A stretch of DNA of 20,167 bases from Ginkgo biloba (Eukaryota; Plantae; Ginkgophyta), in assembly GCA_024626585.2 (NCBI GenBank), contig JANKJI020000002.1, forward strand, positions 135,270,505 through 135,290,671, written 5' to 3'. The notes beneath the pieces were generated by a model. It was not told the DNA's origin. It did no database searches and worked only from the letters and a program-made list of their open reading frames with translations. Made by a program: the position numbers and the translations under genes. The stretch's first letter is position 1; each line of letters begins with the position of its first letter. This document shows, in pieces, positions 1 through 9,339 of the stretch.

Positions 1-1136
1 ATTTACCCTTTAAGTGGCAAGTTAAGTCAACTTGAAAATATAACAATTAACTAAAAGTACGTAAAGTACACTTTGATGAACTAAAGTAAATAAAAGGTTA
101 CAATGAAATTACATTAATGTACAAAATACATCGTGAAAGTTCATCATATCCAACCAAAGAGTCGACAGTCCTGGGGACCCCTCCAACCAATGATCGGTCA
201 TCAAATGTATTCTTAAAATTATTAGAATCTAACCTCATCTCCTAGTACCTTTTCAGCATAGCATACTCATCTTGCACGGTCTTCCCTTATGTAGAGTACA
301 TGTTAGGCTTCCATTAGAAGAACATAATCAGAAAAGAATAACATATCCACTTAAGGACATCAAAGCAAGAATATATATTTTACCATTTAAGCATGGTCTC
401 TTAGGCCAAGTGACTTACAAATCAAACATCAATCTTGACTATTAACTCTAAGCAAAGCATGGTAATGCCAATCAAGCATGCTCAGAGACCCAATCTTCAC
501 GGGTAATCTAGAAATTCAATAGTGAAGTCATGCATGTTAGATGCCATTATCCATGGCCCATAAGTCAATCACTACTAACAGCAGACTCAAAAGGTACCTT
601 ATTTCAGCATCATTATACATTTGTCAAGTGTACATCACAATGTAATAATAACATGTACTGAAATGAAAGTATATTAATGTCCACAAATGATCAAAAAATG
701 GTCAATGGGACTATAATAATACATATAATCGTTACATATTAGGAAAGTGCTTCTGGTGTCTCCAAAGCTAGAGCTGAGACTTAAAAGAGAACTCTACTAA
801 GAAGACTCTATAAAGAAGTGCAACAAGNNNNNNNNNNNNNNNNNNNNNNNNNNNNNNNNNNNNNNNNNNNNNNNNNNNNNNNNNNNNNNNNNCATAGACT
901 CATAAAATATATCCATACTGCAGAAATCATCCCTAAGGCTATTGGACATCATTATATTCCATTTTAGCATACTAATACAAACTTATATATGATTGATACA
1001 AATATGGACAGCAATCTAGCTACCCAAAGCAGCCAATAAAAGAAGGACATCATTTCCAGGGTTTTCAAGACCTCAAGCTCATCAATTAACCAATAATTAG
1101 TAAACTAATCATTATGNNNNNNNNNNNNNTAACAGT

Positions 1137-1438
1137 TGTCTTAGGTGCTGCTACATCCATCATATCAGAGGACGGCAGTCCTAGAGCACTCCAGGATACT
1201 GGGGCAAGAAAAAGCTAACTTCTGAATAATAATTGAGTTTCCCTCTACAATACAGAAACTGGCATGTATAAGATGGCAGTATAGGTTAGTTACAGTCTGG
1301 TTAAAAGGACAGCAGGCTGTACATTAGGCCCAATCGGTCATAAATACCAGGGTATCATTCATCGGTAATCTGGAAAATACCCTTACATCAAAGGACAGCA
1401 TGCAAGCAAACCTTACTGAGCATCTCTACCTACCATCA
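1137..1438 (-). mobile_element. Putative 3' LTR of a decayed Ty3/gypsy element
   Basis: On the - strand it starts TGATGG immediately after a purine tract and ends ...CCTAAGACA. It lies directly downstream of integrase C-terminal remnants. No second LTR copy is available to confirm the boundaries. Confidence 0.4.
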
Positions 1439-1449
1439 TCTGTCCCCCC
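1439..1449 (-). other. Polypurine-tract-like sequence (GGGGGGACAGA)
   Basis: - strand GAGGACTTTGTCCT-GGGGGGACAGA-TGATG, the usual pol end / PPT / LTR-start layout of chromoviruses. Confidence 0.45.
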
Positions 1450-1459
1450 AGGACAAAGT

Positions 1460-2819
1460 CCTCACACTGGGAAGACATCTAAGGCATATACTGCAAACCT
1501 AGTGATTGATTCCAGGTCTGATATGCCCTATTTACATGGGCAGCAGTCCATACTACAATTGAGAAAGTCATAAATGCATGCAAAGAATCTTGGGATTCAA
1601 ACCATAACAAATAATATCATTTCTAAGGCCTAGGAAAGCCTTGTTTGTCAGTTCAGCTACGTTTATGACTGGATTCTACCTAAAGTGCAGCATTAAATGC
1701 TTACTATGAGCTGTACCAGTACTGTATGCTTCGGGATGTACACCCTTATAATGGCACTTTTCACAGACATTATGTTAGCGGTTGATTAGCCTTCCAAACA
1801 CTGATACACTGATTTCATGGTAGATTGGTTTCTCTAGCTGATGATATCCAAGTCCCAAATCAGAATAGCAGCAGGGTTGAACCATTCCTTGAGCTGATAC
1901 ATGGACCGGTAAGAAGCAGATTCCTGTGGTGCCATTCATGTCATGATGATGATCAAATGATCTTCAGAGGGCCCTTATATAGGCCAAGAACCTCTTTCTC
2001 CAATTTTCCCATGTCTTAGGATCCAAGTTGACTACCACGAGGCCCTGATCTCCCATGTGGGCTGTCTGTGGACCCCAACTGCTTCGATTCTTCTGGAGAT
2101 CTTTTTCTCCTCTCTCTTCTAGCTTCCCAGGAGCTGCATTGAAGGCCCTCCTTTAGTCATCTAAAGCCGTAACCAAGGCCCCAGCACTGCCTCTAATAGA
2201 TAAGCACATGGAGAAATTTTCAGCAATAGGTGATGGTGCTTAGTCAAGCAACAAGATGCAAGGGTGGATTATATAAGGTGCAATGAGGATGAACTTTCCA
2301 CAGTCGCATAATTGTACTCTTATACCTTTTGAAAAATTTGGAAGGCAACTCGAAGAAATAATGAATGCAGGAAGAATCTAGGGTCAGTTGACNNNNNNNN
2401 NNNNNNNNNNNNNNNNNNNNNNNNNNNNNNNNNNNNNNNNNNNNNNNNNNNNNNNNNNNNNNGGTTATATGGCAAGACAGTGAAGTTGCATGGAGGAGGT
2501 CTACTCTTATGGACTAACAATATGTGATATATCAAATAACCTATTAACTATTGATTGTTTTTCTCATATCATCCTTAAGGGCAAAACATCTATTTGGGTT
2601 AGTTGGTGACCACGAGGGAAAATTGCTGTAACCAAGAAGATTTTTGATGGCTGGGGTGCTATTTCCCATAAAGTGAATTTCATCAGCCAATCTTCAGCTA
2701 CCAAGCTGGTTACACTTTCAATAATAATTACCATTAAGTGGATTAGCCTAACTTCAACTTAAGCCCTATCCTAAGAGTGTAAAGCTGATGGTAAAGAGTA
2801 CCGCCCTTCACAATTTAGT
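1460..2819 (-). mobile_element. Heavily decayed Ty3/gypsy integrase (core, GPY/F module, possible chromodomain), interrupted by an LTR-like insertion
   Basis: Manual translation of the - strand gives LVAEDWLMKIHFMG (~2665-2706; cf. VVVDRLTKYAHF), H..TQID..QSIVNRL and LPYN (cf. HPQTDGQTEVVNR..FAYN), NPVINVAELT (~1650-1680; cf. HPVFNVS/ADL) and IVVWT...QTWNQ (~1510-1560; chromodomain-like). Many frameshifts, stops and deletions. Confidence 0.55.
1773..2208 (-). mobile_element. Solo-LTR-like insertion within the integrase remnant
   Basis: Ends ...AACCGCTAACA on the - strand (TGTTAG at 1773 on +), has a TATA box CTATATAAGG around 1973-1982, and splits two integrase segments. The right boundary is approximate and no clean TSD was found. 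Confidence 0.4.
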
Positions 2820-2987
2820 NNNNNNNNNNNNNNNNNNNNTTTATTATCAAATAGGATATGAATGTAGTATCCATATTTGAGAAGATCATCTATGGGGACT
2901 TGTACAAGATATATTTGCTTGTTTTCCACTTACTTTATTGATGACCTTAATGCTAGCAGAGATTGATTTATGATTTGCTTTTTACAG

Positions 2988-3103
2988 AACAAGTTTCCGA
3001 GGACACTTGAAGCCCTTATCATTCAGGGGCTTTCACCTATAGCTGCAGAAATTCTGACACACAAGTTTGATGAAGTGGATAAGGAAGCCACAAAGGAGGA
3101 AAG
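2988..3103 (+). CDS. Internal exon A of an unidentified host gene (NKFPRTLEALIIQGLSPIAAEILTHKFDEVDKEATKEE-R)
   Basis: Acceptor TTTGCTTTTTACAG| with CTTAAT about 37 nt upstream, consensus donor AAG|GTAAGT. The 116-nt exon is open, ends in phase 2 and matches the phase of the next exon. Confidence 0.8.
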
Positions 3104-3459
3104 GTAAGTCATAGAGTTGACTCTCGATTACTTCTAATGGACTTTTAAGGCTTGGGTGTGTTGATTGTGATTGGGGGAGGTGGGACCTTAACTTATTGTT
3201 TTGCTGGTAATATACACCAGCCTTGGAGATTGTTGCCAGAAGGTTCATTTTTGTCTAATCTAAATTTAGCATAGTTTAGGATTGTTGAGCACAGTTGAAT
3301 GGTTGGCATTTCATATCATCCACAGGGAAGAATTTTACAGGTTATTTTACAGCATCTTTGATGATCAGCTTGCAGCTATGGAAGTTATTTTAAATGGGAA
3401 AGAGTCTTTTGGATTCCTGGTATGCTGCTAGGACCATTCATCACTATTCTCTTTCATAG

Positions 3460-5015
3460 GCTATCTTTTATTCTAATTTGTTAATAGTCAGTTAGAAGGT
3501 CAATTTTTGAAAAAACTTTATCTCCTTAGAATCAATCAAGGAGGTCTTCAATACAAGTTAGCATGCATCAAATTTTTTACTCGCGTTATTAAGAGCTCTA
3601 TAGTAGATGCATAAGCTCACTAAGCCTTTTTTTTTTTTACCATGACAATAAGGAGCCAAATGGGTTGGTGTTAGGTCGAATGTGTTTTTCATTGATAGTC
3701 TTGCAAGTGCTTTTCATCTTCAGTGACATGTTTCAATGGAGTTCTATATAGGGTTCATGAGGCTAGTTCTGACCCTTGTTCCAATTGGGTGTGTGGTCGG
3801 TTGATCTTTAGGTGGTAAGGAAGTTGGAAATCCCTCTGCAAACAAGTTGCTATATGTGAGTAGAAATGGATCTATGTGGCCTTGTGTTCGTAACACTCTA
3901 TTGTTTCCATAGGTTTGAGTAGGATTGTGGTAAAATCTACAACTTGTTGAACTTGCTTAGCAACCTGAATACCTAAAATAAGTGCTTGTGTTAGGAGTTG
4001 TAGGTTTCCTTGTAGTTCAAATCTCTTACCTTCAATGTCCACTTTTAACGTGTGATTTTCCCCGTCTATGTGAGGGTTGCAATTCTATAGCCATCCATAG
4101 CCTAAGATCACAACATGTTCACTTAATGGTATCATTTCAAAGTTGTATTGATCATGGTACTCGCTTGATTGGAATGTGACTTTAGGAATAACAAAATTAC
4201 CCTCATAGATTTATCCATTGGCAACCTCTTCCATGAATGGGTTTAGATGTTGCTAGGTATGTAGTTTAATTTCTGTAGATATGAGATTATGAGTGCATCC
4301 AAAGTCTAAGAGTATATTGACATCATGCCCTAAATTATCCCTTTCAAATGGATACAATTTTTTCAGTGTTGGGTATTTTCTACTTGTGTGACATGGACTA
4401 AAATGGCATTATTTAAAGTTGGTTTATGAGGGCTTGATTCCTGCAATTTATTATGGATGCAGGATGTGTGTGGTTGACAACAACTTACACATAGCCCCTT
4501 TTAAATAACTTCTTCTTGAGTTTCAAATGTTAATTTTTGTAAGGGGTTGGCAAGAACAAAGGTCGTGCTCATCTCCTATCCCATTTTTTGTGGGGCACCA
4601 TAAATCTTGTATGCGGTGAATATGTCCTTAAGTTGGTCATATGTTTTCTTGTGCAAAATGTCCCCCAGTCATTCAACTGTCATCACTCCATCAAGATACG
4701 TTCTAGAGTTTGTTTTAAGCACTTTGATGTTGACATCAAGTTTTAGTCCTATGACAAAGTTCTGGAGCTTCTCAAAATCCATGATATTTGGGATTTCCAT
4801 GGTTGTAGTAGAGAAAGTCACCACATTTTTGGAAACGGTTGATGGTTGCTTCAAATTACAAAATTTCTCACAACTAACGTAAGCTACATAGGTTAGTACA
4901 AAGTTGGCATGTAATACTTTCTTCAATTCTTCCCAAGCAATGATTTTTCTTTTGCTACTCTGTCTTCAATGGATTTATTTTCTTGCTACCACCATACAAG
5001 AGCAGTACCTTTGAG
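3460..5015 (-). mobile_element. Decayed Ty3/gypsy gag - aspartic protease - RT N-terminus inside the intron
   Basis: Gag: LKGTALVWW, WEELKKVL, NLKQ..TV, FVIGLK, degenerate zinc knuckle KGLCVSCCQPH. Protease: ILLDFGCTHNLI (DFG at 4298-4306, from DSG), VANG, VILGYGWL. RT: FPTSLPPK, IRPNTNPFGS, LCIYYRALN, IEDLLD...VFSKIDL. Homology ends near 3460. Confidence 0.9.
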
Positions 5016-5134
5016 ANNNNNNNNNNNNNNNNNNNNNNNNNNNNNNNNNNNNNNNNNNNNNNNNNNNNNNNNNNNNNNNNNNNNNNNNNNNNNNNNNNNN
5101 NNNNNNNNNNNNNNNNTTCTAATTTGTTAATCAG

Positions 5135-5186
5135 ACGTTTAGAGAGGTTTCTTTATTTGGTTCTTCCTCATATCCTAATTCTGGAA
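5135..5186 (+). CDS. Internal exon B of the host gene (R-RLERFLYLVLPHILILE)
   Basis: Acceptor TTTGTTAATCAG|, donor GAA|GTAAGG. The 52-nt exon completes the AG|A Arg codon from exon A and ends in phase 0. Confidence 0.75.
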
Positions 5187-5576
5187 GTAAGGCATTGTCA
5201 CCTGTAAATAATATGTACAAGGTGAAATTTGTAAATGAAGTCAGACAAGGGAAAGCAAAATACCACGAGTCTCATTTTTAAGGCGTGTTTATTTGTAGTA
5301 CTGTAAATGTAGAATATTCTTTTCTTCTGTTTGTTCTCCTCTCCATCTGTCATTCCTTTTTTATTCTGTCTATATCAAAAGAGAAGAGGGTTCTGCCTCT
5401 TGCTGAAACTGAAATTTTCCTGTAACCAGATTTTAACTGGAAATGAGTTTCCATAACTTTAAACCTCTGCTCTTGCGCCCTCCCTTTCTACTGTTCTTGG
5501 TTCAACGTTCTCTTGGAACTGTTAACCCTAACATTTGGATCACATACTGTTTTGGTATCATCCAAATGATATGTAG

Positions 5577-5668
5577 GTGTTCTACCCATTTTTTCTTCCA
5601 TTCAAGGATTCACATCACTTCTTTGCCTTAAGGACACTGAANNNNNNNNNNNNNNNNNNNNNNNNNNN
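5577..5668 (+). CDS. Internal exon C of the host gene (VFYPFFLPFKDSHHFFALRTL..., 3' end hidden in N gap)
   Basis: Branch-like CTAAC at 5528-5532 and acceptor ATGTAG|. Open in phase 0, as exon B requires. The donor is either GTATAA at 5669, inside the gap 5642-5668, or less likely GTATTC at 5721. Confidence 0.65.
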
Positions 5669-5778
5669 GTATAAATCTGGATATTCAACAGTTGGAAACA
5701 ATCTTGATGATTGGCTGTGGGTATTCTCAACTTGGGTCATTTTTGTGGCTTGAAACTGTTTTGTTGATGATTTTGCAG

Positions 5779-5838
5779 GCATTGAAAAAAGTAATGGAAT
5801 TTTACCTGGGCCTAACCTGTGAGCAGCCCAAAAATTAA
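5779..5838 (+). CDS. Probable terminal coding exon (ALKKVMEFYLGLTCEQPKN* if phase 0)
   Basis: Strong acceptor TTGTTGATGATTTTGCAG|. All three frames stop within 60 nt, and T-rich UTR-like sequence follows. The frame is uncertain because of the upstream gap (alternative: IEKSNGILPGPNL*). Confidence 0.55.
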   Translation, partial: ALKKVMEFYLGLTCEQPKN

Positions 5839-6294
5839 TTTCTTGGAGGGGGATCTGAAACTTGGATAAGCTCCTGAAGGTGACAAAGCCGGTTCCCTTT
5901 TCCGCATTCTTCAGATAGTTTCTTTTCACTTCTAGGCCTAACTTAATTTATGCAAGTGATAGTTTCTTCTTATGTGAAGAGGCTTAACAAGAGCTGATAC
6001 ACTTTAGTTTTACCTGATGTCTTGTCATTTTTTTGTGACAAGTCTGATGAAGACACCTGCCAAACTGTAAGTGAGGACAGTGCAGCGCAAATTGGATAAT
6101 TGAGCAACTTTACCAAACGGTATTTATATTGGATGGAACACTTGGACAAACCAGCTTACTTGATGCTTCTGGTTCAATATTGCATGTGTTATGTCTTTCA
6201 TATCTCACTAAGCTTCTGCTATTTTGCGCTGTAGTTTTTTTAGTTCTTAATGTTATTTGAATATGTAAATTATCTGTAAATGCTGCACACCTGC

Positions 6295-6300
6295 AATAAA
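6295..6300 (+). promoter_or_regulatory. Candidate polyadenylation signal AATAAA
   Basis: About 460 nt after the inferred stop, preceded by TGTA motifs and followed by a T-run, as in plant 3' ends. Confidence 0.45.
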
Positions 6301-6680
6301 CGTTTTTTTTTCCAGTATACGTATTCTGGTTCTTTCAAACACTATACATGGTGCAGCTTTCTCTACCTAGAAGGATAGATGACATAGTAATCCAAACAAA
6401 CATTTCAAGATTATTTTTTAATACACCGTCTGTAAACACTGCAGTAAGCATTNNNNNNNNNNNNNNNNNNNNNNNNNNNNNNNNNNNNNNNNNNNNNNNN
6501 NNNNNNNNTGTACTGAGAAGGATAGAAGACATAATCTGATCAATCATCTTCTTACAAGCACTAGTTGGCTGCACTTCAAGTCTAAGGGGGCTTATTCTCT
6601 AGTGATAAGCCTAAGGGCTTCTATGGATGCATGCAATTGCTAAAACGATCACTATCGAGGACCTAGCAAATCTTGACACA

Positions 6681-6913
6681 GTCACCAAAGATTATTGACC
6701 ACTAGAAGCAGAACACTAGCTGAAAGATGAATTTTCATTGGAAACTAAATCGCCACCAAAAGCTGAACAGTCATAGGAAGCTGAACAATGACTAGAAGTT
6801 GATAGGCCACCGAAAGCTGAACGGTTACCAGAAATTGAATAGTCACCAAAAGTTGAATGGTCACAGAAAGGTGAAGGGTCACTGAAAGTTGAAGAGTCAT
6901 GGAAAGTAAAAGG
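6681..6913. repeat. 18-bp minisatellite, about 13 diverged units, consensus GTCACCRAAAGYTGAAYR
   Basis: Units start at 6752, 6770, 6788, 6806, 6824, 6842, 6860, 6878 and 6896 in exact 18-nt register, with more degenerate units at 6681-6751. Confidence 0.9.
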
Positions 6914-8401
6914 TCTCAAGAGACGAAGAAGCAAAGGTCATAGAGATAATACGTCACTTCTACAATAATGTGAAGGATTGTGGGTGAGAAGCATTAGGCT
7001 GGAGACTCTTCTTAGTTTATGTATAATTGTGATGTTTTTCTTAACAATGATAATTTAAAGGGGGTCCCAGGTGATCCAATTGGGTGTAGGGCTAGCCTAT
7101 GTTGTGGATGGTTGCTACTGGTTGGGTAGATTTTCAAATGTTGTAAATGTGTACAAGCTTTTATTACACATAATATTTCTTGTTTATTGAGATGCAGGCA
7201 TTGTGTGATGAATTTTATCTATATTCATATTCAAAGAGTAGATTCCTTTTTCATATTGCCATTTGGAATTTGTTTTGGGATTGTAACACATCCAACTAGT
7301 TGACAAGTGGGAATGCAATATGAATGTTTGTCTGATCATGACTGGTGTTGTATTTAGAAGACCTAATTTAGATGTCATTTGGTCTTTTATTTTAGGTTTC
7401 AAACTTTCATATAATAATAATTATTACCCCTTTATGTAAATAAGAAGTGTTTTTAGCCATATCAATACAAACTATATTCTATCTTTAGATAGTGCTAAGA
7501 TATCCAATAATAGATATCTTTACTAGTTGTTATACACTTGCGTGGATATTCTGGATAGTACAAATTCTGGGTTTCCATAAATTGAATAGCGGTCTCCCAA
7601 ATATTTACTATATCTTGTTTTTTTTATCATTTTGTATATTCCCGACTTGTTGAATGGAATGTTTATCATTTCTATTTGAATTTATTTAATAGTCAATTGT
7701 ATGATGAAAGCTTCATGTTAGACACTAGTGTCTGTAACTTAATCTTTCTTACATCTGCTTTAAAAGTTGTCACAAGTTGAATGCTAGTTGAACAAATTCT
7801 ACTTCCAAATCTTTCCCNNNNNNNNNNNNNNNNNNNNNNNNNNNNNNNNNNNNNNNNNNNNNNNNNNNNNNNNNNNNNNNNNNNNNNNNNNNNNNNNNNN
7901 NNNNNNNNNNNNNNNNNAGCGTTTGCACGATGTTAAGACTTAGCAAAGGTTTTCTCTTGTGTTGTAGCTCATTTTTGTTAATAAGGCTACTGTAGTGGCT
8001 ATGTCGAACGATGCTAAATGCCAAACACCAACAATACCAACAAAACACTAATGGAGTAATCCATATAATGGTATCTTGACATCAATATAGATGGTAGAAT
8101 AAACGCCAAATTATGGAAAATGATTCTTCTAAATGCAACTGATGCTTCGGAAGCCAATGGACACTCGATCAGATAGAAAATGAGGCAGATATGTATGGCA
8201 TAACAAATCAGGATAGAACATCACACGCCAAGACCGTGAGGTAGTGTTGTGGATTGTTGGGTTTTTGGATGAAGGACATATTATCAAAGCCGAGATATGC
8301 TCAAATTTGACACAACGAACTAGTTGTATGGGACATGCTGAGTGAGATATGTTGGGCAGAAAGCTTCGACATGCACAAGAACACTGAATGCTGCTCAGAA
8401 A

Positions 8402-8574
8402 CAGTTCAACGAGAAATTTTCTCAACGGTGATCTGTTCGATGTGAAACTGAAAATGATAATATGTTAGTGACGTGATACAATGGATGTGATAATCTGTTA
8501 ATGATAATGATTATGAAGAAAAGAAAACAAAGAAAATATGAAACTGTTCCACGCGAAATCTGTTCAACGTGACA
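8402..8574 (+). repeat. Four copies of a 15-bp motif CTGTTCAACGYGAAA
   Basis: CAGTTCAACGAGAAA 8402, CTGTTCGATGTGAAA 8433, CTGTTCCACGCGAAA 8544, CTGTTCAACGTGACA 8560. Confidence 0.6.
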
Positions 8575-8763
8575 TTGACATATGTTTGGTTCTCAGTGTA
8601 TTTCAAAATTGTAGTGTTAATCTGATCTCTAATTATTTGTCCATCTTAGTCATATCTATTGCCACATTGTAGCATTATATGAGTACTCGAGATTCTAACC
8701 TCAAACTAGAAACAATCGATGTGAGGGGTAGTGCTCTAAGGATGCTTTTCAGACCTTTCTGCA

Positions 8764-8821
8764 TAATCTGGAGTCTATACGTAGTACTAAAGGCTAATCT
8801 AGAGTCCATATGCAGTACTAA
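8764..8821. repeat. 27-bp direct repeat, 2 copies, period 31
   Basis: TAATCTGGAGTCTATACGTAGTACTAA and TAATCTAGAGTCCATATGCAGTACTAA differ by 4 transitions. Confidence 0.8.
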
Positions 8822-8846
8822 GCAAGTTTTATCCCTTACGATGAGA

Positions 8847-9304
8847 TGTCACTCTAGAACGACGACACCCAATCATAGTGAGGCATCATAAGTTCAACCA
8901 TATAAAGATTCTANNNNNNNNNNNNNNNNNNNNNNNTCTAAATAGAGCAACCAACAAGCTAGAGAAAGAAGCCAAGAGAAAGAAAATGGAGCCCAAAGTC
9001 AAAAGATGAATCCAATAATTAGAAAATTGGGTTATTATGCCTTGACAAAACAATTGGACTTCTTGTTGGTCATGCCTTCTCACCAACCACCCTTTTAAGT
9101 AGCCATTTACCACATCATCATCGTATGGGAGACACATTACAAGGGCTTTACCATTGCGCCTTTAATTGCTTCTCGTTGCTTTTTATTATGACTTCTCTAG
9201 GTAATGCTCTCATAATTATGCAATACACATGAATTGGTTCCATTAATTAATGTTGTTTTTTCTTTCTCAAGGTGTTATTTGCCTAGAATAACAAGCTTGT
9301 AGCA
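8847..9304 (-). mobile_element. Putative 3' LTR of the chromovirus at 9340-13950
   Basis: On the - strand it follows the chromodomain and a short AGAGAGA tract, begins TGCTACAAG and contains TATA-like CTACTTAAAAGG. The end is near 8847-8860. About 40 bp near this end weakly resembles 13978-14020, the possible 5' LTR end. Confidence 0.4.
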
Positions 9305-9339
9305 TCTCTCTATGCATTGCGGTGATCATTTTCCTCAGT

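Noticed and set aside
597-657. Possible minus-strand exon (TTTCATTTCAG acceptor, AG|GTACC donor)
   Set aside because: Stop codons in all three frames.
1-1116. Upstream exons or TE coding remnants
   Set aside because: No open exon with credible splice sites and no recognisable motifs. Left unassigned, probably intronic.
2250-2392. AFQIFQKV as an integrase GPY/F motif
   Set aside because: A better GPY/F-end match (NPVINVAEL) lies near 1650-1680, so this is more likely the linker after the core.
5615-5929. 104-aa minus-strand ORF
   Set aside because: Antisense shadow of the + strand exons, crosses a gap and has no recognisable motif.
6369-6533. AGAAGGATAGAWGACATA repeated on both sides of an N gap
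   Set aside because: Only 18 bp in two copies next to a gap, with no further structure.
6681-6913. Possible CRISPR-like array
   Set aside because: Contiguous 18-bp units with no unique spacers, in a eukaryotic context with no cas genes.
8129-8425. 98-aa minus-strand ORF
   Set aside because: Non-ATG start, no recognisable domain and no splice support.
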